Source of the DNA: Harriotta raleighana
Taxonomy: Eukaryota
Length of the DNA: 64,000 bases
Assembly: GCA_050575255.1 (NCBI GenBank)
Contig: JBNZDD010013728.1
Span: 4,648,300 to 4,712,299, forward strand
Direction of reading: 5' to 3'
Shown here one piece after another: positions 37,027 through 50,494 of this stretch. Both the position numbers and the translations under genes were made by a program. The notes beneath the pieces were generated by a model that did no database searches, was not told where the DNA came from, and saw only the letters and a list, made by a program, of their open reading frames with translations. The number at the start of each line of letters is the position of its first letter. The first letter of the stretch is position 1.

Positions 37027-37672
37027 CAGTAAAACCCCGTTTATCCGGCACCCAGGGGACCTGGCCAGTGGCGGTTAAAAGGTTTTCCGATAGAACGTTT
37101 TAAAAAAAAAATTAACAATTATTTTAACACATACCATATTAATAATAGACTAAATAATAACAGATAATAACAATATTGTATGGGTATTTTATTGTAAATG
37201 TTGTACACTACACCATATAGAGACGCCACCCGGTGTGGAGGGCGCTATATAAATCAAAGTTGTTGTTGTTGTATAAATAATAGAGTAAATACAGTAATAA
37301 CAGAATATTGTATGGCTACTTTATTGTAAATGTTGAACAATACTGTATAAATAATAGATTAAATCACTAATAACAGATACTGTAATAACAGAATATTGTA
37401 TTAGTACTTTATTATTTATACATAGGTGGAAAACTAAGTGGCAGTAGCGCAACTTTTTTTTTAAAAATCGCGACTTTTTTAAAAAACAGCAGTAGCGTGA
37501 TTTTAGGCTCGACTAGTCTAAGTACCTGCACCAGTACTCACATGCAACAATCGATTCATTAAATGTGTCATCACTATTCTGCCGGATAACTTCCGGTTTA
37601 TCGAAACAGGACTTTTTTTGAGGTTCCAGTTCAACGGGGTTCATCGAGTCACGGATAAACAGGGTTTTACTG
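37027..37672 (+). mobile_element. pogo/Tigger-like MITE, best-preserved copy
   Basis: 21-bp TIRs cagtaaaaccccgtttatccg / cggataaacagggttttactg (1 mismatch), TA TSD, no coding capacity. Confidence 0.9.
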
Positions 37673-39599
37673 TACTTTGATTGGGAATGGCCAAGATTTG
37701 GATGTTTTCAAAACAATTAAATTCCCCCTTTTCATTCTTAAAATTTAAGTTTGCACAGATTTATGGAAAATTGTTAAATCTTCATTTGGGAGCATTATAA
37801 ACCTGTAATAACTTAATTATGTTCTCAAATATATGCTGCAGCACAGCTATCCATAGCACTGTTCCTATGAGGTACAATATTTCCCTTGTAAGTACTGCAA
37901 TTGTTGAGGCAACCACATTGACATTAGGATATGATCGCCACCTAATGGTGATTTTGATAAACTAAATTTAAGTGCTGTAGCCAAGTGTTAGCTTACTTAA
38001 GAGTTCTCTCACTTCCGAGCCAGAAAATTGGGTTTAAACTCTGTGCCCTCACTTAAAGTCATAGTCTAGGCTGACACACTTACTGTATCATGGCATGTGC
38101 CATTATTCAGATGAGACGTTAAACAGAGGCCTTGCCTGCCTGTTCAGATGGACATTAACAATCCAAAACACTAATCGAAAAGAGAAGAGAGTTTCTCCTG
38201 GTGTTCCAGCTAAAATTCCTTCAAGATACAATTGGTTATTCAGCTGAAACATAGTTGTTTGTGGGATCACGCAAAGAATGGAAGGCGAAGTTGGAAAAAC
38301 ACCTCTTTACACAGAGAGTGTAAAGCGTGGAATTCACTGCCACAAACTGATATTCAAGTAGTGGCCAGAAATTTAGGTTTTGGTACAAAGGAGAATTAGA
38401 TTTGGTGCTCGAAGGAATATGAAATGGTACAGAGAGTGAGAGGTAGAGTGGGATTAGACAGAGAAAAAACATCAGTCCATACTTGGCAAGCCAAATCAAT
38501 TATTTTTGTGTGTGAGCTATAATCCCAATTCTGTTTGATTTTAAAGCCTGATAGTATTAGCAAGGAAATGCCTTCATGTAGTGAGATTTATTATATTACT
38601 CTATGTGTTATATTATTCTGGTTTCTTTGAAAAAAAACAATAATCCTTGCATTTGATATAGTGCTTTCACGTTTTCTAGACATCTCAAAATCTCACACCT
38701 CACCAGAGCAGGAACTCTTCAGTGCTTTGCAATGTCTAAGATATCACAAAGTGATGCAACAACAACAACAACAACAAAATTACATTTATAGAGCGCGTTT
38801 CACGTCAGGAGGACGTCCCAAGGCGCTGGACAGATGATTTAAGACCCGAGCAGGGGGAAATGTTCGGGGCGAGGGGGGAGGGGGAGGGTGGGAGCAAGGA
38901 GGAGGTAGAGAGTCGAGAGGGGAGCTGGTTGCAGATTTAATCTCTATGATGGCCTGTTTTAGCCAGGTTACAGTTCATCTCCTGAAGAGGCTTCAGTCTT
39001 CCTGATAATTATATTCATAGTTGTCAATAGTTTTGCCCATGATCAATCTTCATGTGTCATAAGATGAGTGGCAGTAGCTGTTTGACCTTTGAGGGGATCA
39101 ACTTCATCCAGCTGTCACCAATGTTCACACATGTACACCCTCTAGCATCAGGGCGTGATAAAGTGACCAGGACTCTAAACTCTGACTGAATGTTCATCTC
39201 CAGAAAGCAAAGTGGTTTGTAGCTCTTATGGTCATTTCCCCAGACCTTCTCCCTTGTTCCTTCTCCCTACATTAAGCACTCTAAGACTCCGTCGGCATAG
39301 AGGGCGCTATATAAATCAAAACTGTTGTTGAAGTTGTTGTTCAGCATCGAAACCCATCATTGTGAAGCTAACCCTACATGAAGGGTTATACAATAACTAT
39401 ATACAATACAATATTACATTGAGGTCAGGTAATGTTGAGGAGGTGAGAGAAGTCAGAGCAGGTCATGGCATGGATGTGGGGGAGACAAGGCAGTGGGAGA
39501 AAAGATATACTGTACAGGTTGAAGAGGAGAAGACCGAGCCCTGAAGAACACCGTGGAGACAAAGTGAAGCCACTATGAGAGTCAGCTCTGAGCCCAACT

Positions 39600-40470
39600 G
39601 TCATGTGCGGCGTCCCTCAAGGCTCTGTCCTTGGTCCCTCATTTTCAACATTGACTCCAGGAGCCTCCAACCTTGACTTCAGGAGCACTGCTGCCATCCT
39701 CATAGACACCTTGTCTGACATCAAGTCCTGGATGAGAACTAACTTCCTCCAGTTGAATGTCAACAAGACTGAGGCCCTTCTGCTTGGCTTGTGTCATCAC
39801 CTCTATACCACAGGCACTGACAACATCAACCTTCATGGGTAGTCTACTCTCACAGTGCCAATAAATAACCTTGGAGTTTTATTCAACCCTCAACTGTCCG
39901 TCATCCCCCACATCCATGCCATAACCTGCTCTGCTTTTCCCCACCTCCTCAACATTGCCCGGCTCTGCCATTGTCTCTCATCCCAGGCCACAAAGATCCT
40001 CTTACATGCATTTATCACATCCAGTCTTGACTATGCAAACTTCTTGCTTGTTGGCCTCCCAAAACTTCTCCCTCCATAGGATAGAGATCATCCAGAACTC
40101 TGCAACCCAAATCTTCTCCCAGATTACCCTATCAGTCCCATCCTCGCCCGACTCCAATGGCTTACTATCACTCAGAGTATGCAGTTCAAGATGCTGATCC
40201 TCACCTTCAAAGCTCTCCACAGCATTGCTACTCCCTACATCTGTCAATTTCTATTCCCATACCAACCTACCCCGCTCCCTCTGCTCAGTGGACTTCAGCC
40301 TGCTCATCTCTCAAGGTCCTCCTCTTTGACCATGCCGTTGGTCACCCTCCTAACCCTTCCTTCCCTCCACCCTTCCTGAACCCAATCATTAACTTGGGTG
40401 CTGATCCCTGATGGTCCAGGACATCTTCCTAACGTGAAAGGCACTATAGAAATGTAACTTGTTCTTGTTG
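39600..40470 (+). mobile_element. L2 LINE, internally deleted 3' portion
   Basis: CGVPQGSVLGP, LSDIKSWMRTNFLQLNVNKTEALL, NLGVLFNPQLS and SSLDYAN motifs, then the tail. Confidence 0.88.
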
Positions 40471-40689
40471 CCTTGTGGGATTAAGACAGGCAGGCAAGAA
40501 AAATCCTTGCTGTATTACTGATTGAGCTGTGGTAGTAGATCTCAGATGCAGTGGAAGCTGGGTGTCAAAACTAACATCATTAAAGCATAGGCTAGAGAGA
40601 GAGATCAGTCTGGTCCTTGTCACTTTACTTGTTACCCAAAACCTGAAACATGGACCTTTACCTTTGGCCTCAACATAAAAGCTGCTAAA

Positions 40690-41283
40690 ACACTTGTCCA
40701 TGTTTTTGTCACCTCTCAGCTGGCCTATTCTAATGCCCTCCTTGCCGATCACCCCTCTTCCACTATCCACAAAGTTCAGCTCATTCGACACTACACTGCC
40801 CACATTCTCACCTGCATCAAACTTCGTACCTCAATTACCCCAGTCCTTGCCAAACTCCATTGGCTCCCTGTCACAGAGTGTATCGACTTCAAGATCTTCT
40901 CTGTAGTGTTTAAATCCCTTGTGAAAGGCACTATATAATTGTAATTTTGTTGTTGTTGTTATCCATTCCTCCCTATCTCTCTAACCTCCACTCTCCTGAA
41001 AGCAGTATCCGCTGCATCCATTCTACTTGTCCCCTGAATCCTCCGCTCCATCACCAGCGGCTGTGCCTTCAGCCGCTACACCCTGAAACACTTGAACTTC
41101 CTCCAACAACATATTCACCTCACACCCCTCCTTCCCCAGCTTCAGGTCGCGACTGAAGACCTTTCTCTTCAACCGCAGCAACAGTCACCTTCCCCTAACC
41201 CTAGCTTGGCCTCAGGCCTCAAGCACTGTGAGACACCGCCTTGCTTGGAGGGCATTATATGAATGTAATTTGTTGTTGTTGTC
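40690..41283 (+). mobile_element. L2 LINE 3' end interrupted by a short L2-tail insertion (~40920-40960)
   Basis: LHWLPV..RIDFK motif, C-rich UTR and two tails. Confidence 0.75.
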
Positions 41284-42754
41284 GTTTGCTAGCTGGAAAA
41301 GTACCAAGAGAATGTTGAAGTGTTTCATTGTTGTAAACTGTAGAGTTACGATTATTGTTTTATTCCTGTCCCTTCTTCGACAATTCCTGCTGTAACACAC
41401 TATTCATGAATGTTATGGAAGCACAGTGCTGAACCAAGCTGGAGGCCTCTTTCTTGCAGTTCTTTCTTTTCGTTCGATCAAAAAAAAAAGATATTTGTAT
41501 AGCACCTTTCACATCAGCAGGATTTCCTGAGGCCAGTCAGGTACAGTCATTGATCCGCATCTGAGGCAGTTAGATTCAGGAAGCCTGAAGCACACGGAGG
41601 GAAGGGTAGGAGGGCGATCGAAAGCACAATCGAAGAGGAGGCTCTTGAGATGGGTTTTGAAGGAGGTAAGGGAGTGGGTGAGGTGGAGGGACAGGGCGAT
41701 GGAGTTCCAGACTGGAATGGCTGAGGACCCAAGATAAGGGTAGTTGAAGCTCATGAGAGATAGAATTCCACAAGGGCCTAGATTTACTCTATTTGTGTAG
41801 CATTTCAGAGCATCCAGAAATTGGTGAGTTTTTAAACACAATCTTTAAATTTGAAGCCCATTTTCTGTAAGTTCTTTTAAGACCAGCAGGTGGTACTGTT
41901 TATACAAAAGTCAGAACATTGGCAGATGTTCACTCAAAAATCAACCAATCCTTTTTGGCCGGTGCCCCCAGTCATTCTGTTAATTTTCCTGGAGTGTGTT
42001 AGTAGATAGGAAACGCCAGGGGTGAGAAAGAGCATTCTGCAGAGAGGAGCTTAGCTCTCTAGTACATAACACTCTCATCAAGACATTGAATGGCCTCCTT
42101 CAAGTCCCGTCTCAAGACCCTCCTCTTTGAAGGCCCCATCGGTCACCCCAAATCCCCCCCTTTCCCTCCACCCTCCCGGTTCCCAAACCCATCTGGGGTC
42201 TAAAACATTGACTGTCCAGCTTCTTGGGACGTCTTCCTGACGTGAAAGACGCTATACAAGTGTAATTTTGTTGTTGTTGTTGCATCACCAACACTCTGCT
42301 CACCGCAATCCCCAGATCCACACAAGCTACAGATTATACAGAACTTTGCAGCTCATGTCCTCTCCCACACCACGCTTCACAAGCCTTTCATCTCCATCCT
42401 TGCCTGGTTCCACTGATAATTCCTCCACCAGAGGATCAAATTTAAGTTCCATGCTCTGAATTTTAAATCCCTCCACAGCCTCACCCCATCTGGCCTGCTT
42501 CATTGTCTCCTTTCCAGCCTGATGAGCCAGCTTGGCTGCGCTGTCCTCAGCAGTGCCTTGGAGTACAGTACTGTGGACCTGTCTGGCTTAGGTACAGGAT
42601 TACTGAGACTGCTACTGAGGATGGATTGGATTCCAACATACCACCCTGAAGCCATTTATTACTTTTAAACAATCCAAGTTCATTATTTTTGTCAGTTCAA
42701 TACTGAATAAAAAGAATAACTGCCGATCTACTGAGTGGTCCAGTGGGTCCTTGC

Positions 42755-43168
42755 CAGACTTCACTGGCTCTCTGTCACAGAGTGGATTGATTTCAAGATT
42801 CTCACTCTTGTTTTCAAATCTCTCCACTCCTCTCCACACCCCTACTCTCTGACCTCCTCTCTCCTCACAACAGTACCCATTGCCTTCACTGTATCAGGTC
42901 TGGCCTCCTCCTTGTCCCCTGAATCCTTCTTTCCACAGTCGGCGGCAGTGCCTTCAGCCACCATACCCCGAGGCTCTGGAACTCCCTTCCTCACTCCCTT
43001 CGCCTCGTCCTCTCCTTTCCTATTTTCAGGTCTCAGCTAAAGACTTTTCTTTTCGACTTTTGATCATCTTTTTCCCTCTCCCCCTGGCTCAGCCCCAGGA
43101 TCCGTTAATGTGAAGCGCTCTGAGACGCCATCTGGCGTGGAGAGCACTATATAAATCCAGGTTGTTGT
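42755..43168 (+). mobile_element. L2 LINE 3' end
   Basis: LARLHWLSVTEWIDFKILTLVFKSLH; tail gtgaagcgctctgagacgccatctggcgtggagagcactatataaatccaggttgttg. Confidence 0.85.
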
Positions 43169-46100
43169 ACAATTATTTTACCACTGAAACATGCAAAACA
43201 GAAGGACACGGGTTCAATTGAACATATGTTCTTACTTAGTTGATCTCAGCTGAACCAACAGTTAAAGACTGGTCTCAGGATCTAAGATGCTGAAAGTTTT
43301 AGTCTGTAATAACTACCGCTTTGTGTAACCCTTTGGAGTTTCCGATTATGCTCTATACAAAGAAATACTTCCTGGCGTCTATCCTAACCTTGCCCTTCCC
43401 AAACCTAATCTGATGACCTCTACTTCTGCTGCTTAAAATATCTGAAACTATTGTTCTGGTATTGCTGTTTTGCTTTCTGCCTCTTTTTCAAGTTTATATT
43501 CCAAGCTTAGTTCAGCAGTGAAGAGTGATATGAGTATTGTACTGAGTTGGGGAATATCAGAGAAAGGGAAGGAGCACAGAATGGGAGAGAAATAAAGTGC
43601 TGACAATATTTTGGGATGAGGGGGAAGAGTCTTGGTCTGATACTATGGTGACCGCGGTATACATCCTGGTGGAAGAAGTTTTTATTTAGTACAAACACCT
43701 GTTTAAGATTAGTTAGTCGCACTGATAGACATGTTGGGGGAGCTATTGTACAGCTTTACTTACTGTTTGTTATCTTATCGTGCTGCTGGTCCCTTATCCC
43801 GGCTGTTCAGTTTATAACTGGACAACATGGCCAATGTTGTAAACTCGAGGAATTCTTATGAGCTATATTTGGCCTAACTCTGTGTTTTTTAAAGTGATCC
43901 ATGTAGATTGGAGCAATTTTACAAGAAAACTGTCAGTGAACAATGCACCACACAGTCTCACAGGAAATCATTTTTGTTTCCAAATCTGCAAACATTTATT
44001 AGTTATAGAGTGTTTCTTCCACCTACATGAACACTACCGTCACAACATGTCCCAGTCAACATATTTCTTTTAAGTTGTTGTCAGATATTGTGTGGAAATT
44101 GTGTGGAATGCCTAAAGTCTACAACAGACAATATTAAAGCATACTTTGGAAATATTTTTCATATGCTCTTCTGTACTGTATACTGTATTTGCAAGTTAGT
44201 GCCAAGTCTACTAAATTTTGATTTGGCCCTGCTACATCTTGCATTCATTTACTAAAGATAACAATGAACATATTAGATTCAGATCTCTTATACATTCAAG
44301 CTGTTGACTTTTTTCATCTTTAAACTCTTCTTTGAAAAATTTCTGTAATGCATTTTTGAAATTGCGTGTTAGAATAGTTACCTAACATAGGCAGCATTGT
44401 CACCTTGAGGTTGAGATGGGGTGAACTAGAGTGAAGGAGACTGTCTCTCCTCAGCACTCTCTCTCCATTAAATTCACTTTCTTCCAGTTCTCGGGTTTCT
44501 CTGGGCCCTTTGTACTCCAAGATTCAGACAGTGGTGTGCTGGCTACCTCACTGAATACTGCTTCACAGCAGCTGTGAAAAGAGGATTAGTCATACTTCAG
44601 ATGTGGTATCCCTCTGATTTTCCTCTCACTTATGGTGAGGGTTCTGAACTCTACTGAATACAGCAGTGCAAGTAACAGTACAAATCACCCTCATGTTAGT
44701 TATTCTTTGTAGATTTTAAGATTACAAGTTGAATGGATTTATTCATGAATATTAGGACACAATATAAGAATAGTTTGCGTTTAACATAGACTTGCATAAG
44801 TTTGTTGATCACGGAGTTCAGAGTAATGACAAATCACCATGTCTTTATTGTAAAGTGTGCAGTAAACCACCCAGTGCATTGACAATTGACAGCTGTTACC
44901 TGGAACTTTCTGATATTGTAAATGCTTCTTCCTCCCATCCCTTAAATGTAATCCCATAATTACCCTCTGGTGCCTCATCCTGGTGATTGGTCCTTGGCAG
45001 TGAGTACTGGGAAGCTATTCCACCATAGGAGGTATCCTAGCTGAGTCCTTTCCTTGTTTCACTCGCCCTTACTTGCATCTACATTGTGTGCAAAGTAAGA
45101 ATGTTGTCTATACCTTCAACTGTATCTCTGTAATTTGCTTTATGGTCAGCTGTGAGTCTGACACATCCATAAACCCACTGCCTACGAGCATCCAACTGAG
45201 ACTAAGACAGTTTCATATGTAAGGCACCTACCTACTCACTGAAATTACCATTTAAAATGTAATTCCTGTTGTTCATCTCTCCCCTTTATAAATACAAGCA
45301 AAATTGATTTGAGTTATGGTCTTAAACATTTTCTGTATTTTTTCTGAGCAAATTGAGATTTTCCAAACCCATTTCTTGTTTGGTCCCTACAATTAACAAA
45401 AGAGAATTTCATCCCATATATCTGAGTGAAAGGACAGTAAACTAATCTACTACTTGCCTCTCTAAACAGCCTAACGATCATCTTCAGAACTGCAATGATT
45501 CATGTTGCTTTCTGATTGTGGGATTGATGTATTCAAATCCTTGAAGTTCACTTAAATAATTTTAGCCTCATTTGAAGAATAATGAGCGATCTGCAATTTG
45601 TGCCCAAACAAACCATTGCATGATTAATGAAAATATGTTCTTTTTCAAAATGAAACAAACAGCAAGTGTCTGGAAGAAGTCCAGGTGGTTGTGCCTTTCA
45701 GTGTTCCTTTGGTCCTGCAGGAAAATGTATGGCCTTCACTCTGTAGTTTACAATTGCAGATCAGGTGAGTTTAAGATTCCATTATTGCGTTCTTCAACCC
45801 ACATCATGCGATCCATAGTAAGTGTGCTGAGATGGTGACTAATGTGAAGGGTGCCATATAAATGCAAGTTGTTGTTTTACAACGATGCCCATAAATTTCT
45901 AATAATAGACACACATGGTGGTTTCCCACTGGTTGGTATTTCTAAACACCAAATTGTAACAAGTATGTCAAAAAGAAGTACAATATGAATCAGATTTTAG
46001 AATTGTCACCCAGCTTTGAATTTATGATCTGCTTTGTTCAGTCTACATTAGCTATCCAGCTGGCATCGACAATACTCATCTTAGTCAAGGTTTTACAAAC

Positions 46101-46372
46101 ATCTGTCTCGTTGCCATTCAAGTTTGTTTTAAGGAAAAAGTACAGCTCTCTGAATCTTTCAAATTAAGCTTATTCAAATAAAGGTTCCTACTTTCAGTGT
46201 TTTAAGCCAATGGGGGTTAATGTGTCAATTGTCACATTAGCACTTAAGCTCTAAGAGTCTAAGCTAGTACAGGTTTNTCCTACTTTCAGTGTTTTAAGCC
46301 AATGGGGGTTAATGTGTCAATTGTCACGTTAGCTCTTAAGCTCTAAGAGTCTAAGCTAGTATAGGTTTAGGG

Positions 46373-46702
46373 GTATAATAATAATAATAATAATCCTTGC
46401 ATTTGATATAGCACTTTTCACATCTTATCAACGTCCCAAAGCGCTTCACAGAATATACTGTAAAGTGAATTGACTGTATATTTGTGGGCGGAACGCGGCA
46501 GCCAATTGCGCACAGCAGTGTCCCACAAACAGTCATGGATTGAAATGACCAATTTTATTATTGTAGTCTTTTTTGGAGGGATTATTATTAGGCATGTGGA
46601 GTAAGGAAACTTGCCCAAGGTTTCGCCCTGATCTGCCTGGATTCGAACACAAGTCTCATGCTTGCAAGGCGAGTGCTCTAACCACTAAGCCACAGGAGCT
46701 CC
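46373..46702 (-). mobile_element. tRNA SINE, full length, young
   Basis: Reverse complement of the 6471 copy with intact A/B boxes and a (TAA)n tail; it abuts an older Deu-domain relic at ~46715-46940. Confidence 0.92.
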
Positions 46703-48099
46703 ACAAATGATTCATTGATGGAGGTGCTGCCCTTTGGATGAGACATTAAACCCACAGCCCAGTAGATGATAACGATCCATGGCACTATTCATTAAGATAA
46801 GGGAGTGTCTCCCGGTGTCATTGTCAAACAATAGAATAAATTTGATAAAATGTAAATCAAATAAACCAGTCACTACAGTAAATCCTGTAAAGTGCTATGA
46901 GTCAGTTTGACAGTATAAGACACTATCTCAACACAAGGACTGTATTATTACTAATATGTCTAATTACAGTATTATGTTCTGTTTTGTTATGAACCTAATG
47001 AAGCTGCTATCTGACAGAAGCAATCAATTAAGAACAGAAGAAAGCATGGAGTAGGAGAATACCATTTGGTCCTTCCAGCCTGTTCCTCCCATACACCAGA
47101 CAAAAGCTACACTATCTATGATGACTTTTAGCAATATGTTCTGGATGGGTACTCCTTGATCCTTGAAGGCAAGGAAGAATGATTCATAAATATACTTGTT
47201 AAAAGATGCAAAAATATTAATACATTCTGATAATTGCTTGCAGACATTCAAAGTCAATTCGATGCTGTGGTACCCATAAAACAATGAATGTGCTATTTGA
47301 TTTACATCAAGTAGCTGACTCGGTGATAAAGACAGACCAATGGGTTCAACGCAGTGGAATAACTGCTTATTAAAGTACAGTACAATGATTTCTGTGTTGC
47401 CGGGTTTGGTGGTGGAGGAGGGTGGTGATGTGTGGAGTTGGTAAGGGTAAGGGGTTGGATGTTGTCACAGACTAAGGTTGAATACTTGGGATGTGGAGGT
47501 ATGCTGTATTGGTTTAAAACTCTTGGCCTGGTCCATATGAATTTGTTAACCATTCACTAGTTGTAGCAGCAAAGATAGTGATGTTAAAGCTATTTAATAA
47601 CAAAATCTGAAAAAATGAATCTAAGTTCATTATGGTGAGACCGCTCACAAAAATATTACTCAAACATGAGGATCTTGTGTTACATTTTTATAAAGGAATG
47701 TTGTCTCCTTTCACAAACAATAAAATATGGAGCGGGAAAATGCTATTCATTTCTTCAGATTTGTTCTGTCTGCAGACTTTATACAATGACCCATAGTCTG
47801 GACTTCAATACGCAGGAGAGATTCGAATGGAGAAGACCCTTCAGTCCATCTTTCCAGAGGACCACTTTTTCTGGTAACCATTCTAGCATTTAATCGATAT
47901 CTGCGTTAAAAACAATACTTCTGGTATCTATCCTTACCTTTCGCTTTACTGCCCTGAATTTGTGTCAGTTTGTCCTGCTTTGTCCTGCTAGCTTGGCATA
48001 CCTGAAAGTATTATTCCGAGTTTGGTCTCTCTAACCCACTTAATGTTTGATATACAATTCATAACTGAGTTATACCGTTATGTTATAGAAACTGGGTAT

Positions 48100-48480
48100 A
48101 CTAATGGGCAAAGAGGAAAGTGTTCAAATGGAACTTGAAAAGGGGAGAGAGGAGGCAAGGCAGAAGGATTGAGGGAGAATGTTCCAGAGTTTCAGGGCGC
48201 AGAGGCTGAAAGTGAAAATTGCGAGGTTGGGGGGGGAGAGGGTGCAAGGGATGAGCAGGAGACCGGTGCCCAGTCGAGCGGAGGTGCTGGGTGGTGAATT
48301 GAGGGAGTGAGGAGATCAGAGAGGTATGGAGGTGCCAGAAGGTGAAGGAATTTAAACGAGTATGAGCATCTTGAAGCCGAACCATTCGGTAATGAGAGGC
48401 CAATGGAGCCTGGCCAGAACTGGTGAAATGTGCGTACAGAGTTTAGTTCGGGTCAGATGTGGGCAGCAGAGTTCTGAAAC
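48100..48480 (-). mobile_element. L2 LINE 3' fragment
   Basis: Reverse-strand ggccaggctccattggcctctcattaccgaatgg..ttcaagatgc (LHW..FK region) and a C-rich UTR. Confidence 0.75.
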
Positions 48481-49458
48481 TACCTCCGTAACTAGTCATT
48501 CACCCTTTTATCTGGACTCAGCAACTGAGGAATCATCTACTTGATTCAGCATTTGATCACGTGTCGCATTCCCATCAGGCCCATTCCTCCGCAGATATTA
48601 GTCAGCTTTCTGATTTATAGTTGTTAATTGATACAATATTAATTGCTGTAGCTGATAGCCTTTTATCATATGCTCACCACAAGTATTAATAACCAAAGCC
48701 ATCCCTCTGGGGAGAGAGCGCATATCCAATTCCAGACACTGGAATTCCCATGTGTAGGCGGCAAGCACAGTTTGGTATGGATTCTCTTAAGCGTGGTGAT
48801 GATTTCTGTATGTGTCAGACATTTAGCTGACTATAAAAAATAGCAATTAGCAAATCATTGGACCCAGATTTCAAAAGAATCCAAACCATCCCATCACAGG
48901 GTTTTGAAATGGAATGACCACAGATTAATTTGGTGGCTTGAAGGGCTGTAAGAAAGGGCGAGTCATTTTATTTCAGGCCAATTTCAATTTGGAATAGTTC
49001 AGAGTTGCCTGGAAATAATTAGAGGTCAATTTTAAAGAACATATGCTTGCATGAAAGTTCCAAATGCTCTTACATTAATTAGAATTATTTTTTATTTGTG
49101 TTCTTTTTCTACAAAAATGATGTACAGCAGATTGGTGCATTTTGAGACAGTTAGACCATAGCACCTCTGTAAAGAAAGATTACCAGAAGAAAACACTAAT
49201 ATTTGCTTACATAACTTTTGTGGCATGCCTGGGTACTTGTTTTAAGAAATGCACATTTAATTTAAAGTCAGCGAGTTATAGACATTGTCACCGATGAATG
49301 GTTGTAGTTCACTATACCTCCCTTGTCTTCCTATCGTGATAAACAAATCCTTCCTTCAGATTTCACTACTTTTATACTCAATGTTATTGTTGTTGAGGCC
49401 AGACTTTGTTACAATTTTCTTTGTACCATTACTTCTAAAGGGCAAATGAAAATGCTAA

Positions 49459-49862
49459 TTGGACCCCATCTCTAACCTCCCATTCCTCTCCAATGCCCTG
49501 GAAAGAGTTGTTGCTTCCCAGCTTAGTTCCTTCCTCTCCCACCACTCCCTCCTCAAACCCGTTCAATCTGGCTTCTGTGCTGCTTACGGCATTCTTAACA
49601 GGGCTTGCTCTGCCTCCTTGTCCTTCTCGACCTCTCCTCCGCCTTCAACACTGTCGACCATTCCATCCTCCTACACCATCTCTCCTCTCTCCTCAATCTC
49701 CGCGGATCTGCCCTTGCCTGGTTCGAACCCTACCTCTCTCACCGCCTACACTTTGTCGCCACCAACGGTTTCTCTTCTGGCCCCCGAACTGTCACCTGTG
49801 GTATCCCCAAGGGCTCTGTCCTTGGCCCTCTACTTTTCAACATCTATAAGCTCCCACTTGGC
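49459..49862 (+). mobile_element. L2 LINE RT fragment
   Basis: PISNLPFLSNALERVVASQL..QSGF and LVLLDLSSAFNTVDHSILL..WFEPYLS.R..TVTCGIPKGSVLGPLLFNIY. Confidence 0.92.
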
Positions 49863-49980
49863 TCGCCATTGAGTGAGTTAATGAAGTGATTTTCCTGTGT
49901 GGATGGAAGCCAGAAAATATCCAATTTAGATTCCCTAGTCAGTGTTGAGTTAGCTGGTCTCAGCCATGGTGGTGCTTGGG

Positions 49981-50424
49981 AAGTGTTTCTGAAACTTTAG
50001 TTCAGGCTTAATTTGGATGTGGAATATTACAATGTTGCCTGATTTTTTTGGGCCACTGCAGCCCACCACCCCCACCCCCCTTCCCCCCCACCCCGTGTAC
50101 ATGAGTGGAGTGAGGTGCAGCGCTTTGGGACATCTTCCCAATGTAAAAGACGCGACACAAATATAATTTGTTGTTGTTGTTCCATGCTGGTCTTGTAGTT
50201 TGAGCTCATGTTGGTCCCACTGCTGAGGAGGGCCCACCAAGACTACAGCTCCCAGGGAGCACCACGAGGGGTGGCAGCAGCCAGTTGAGCAAGTGTGTAC
50301 TCTCAGCCTCCTTCATGTAGTAAGCTCGAGGACCACAACAAATTACATCTGTTTAGCACCTTTTAAGTTGGGAGGACGTCTCAATACTGAGGCCACCAAA
50401 AAAAAATCAGTTTGAGAACCACTG
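49981..50424. mobile_element. hAT (Charlie/MER5-like) non-autonomous DNA transposon
   Basis: TIRs aagtgtttctgaaact / agtttgagaaccactg and a degenerate 8-bp TSD tgcttggg / tgctagga. It splits an older SINE and itself contains L2-tail insertions. Confidence 0.6.
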
Positions 50425-50494
50425 TGCTAGGAGCTGCAACAATTGCCCTTAGTGAGGGCAGCATTGGAGTGATGTGGTGCCTCTCTCACCAAGG

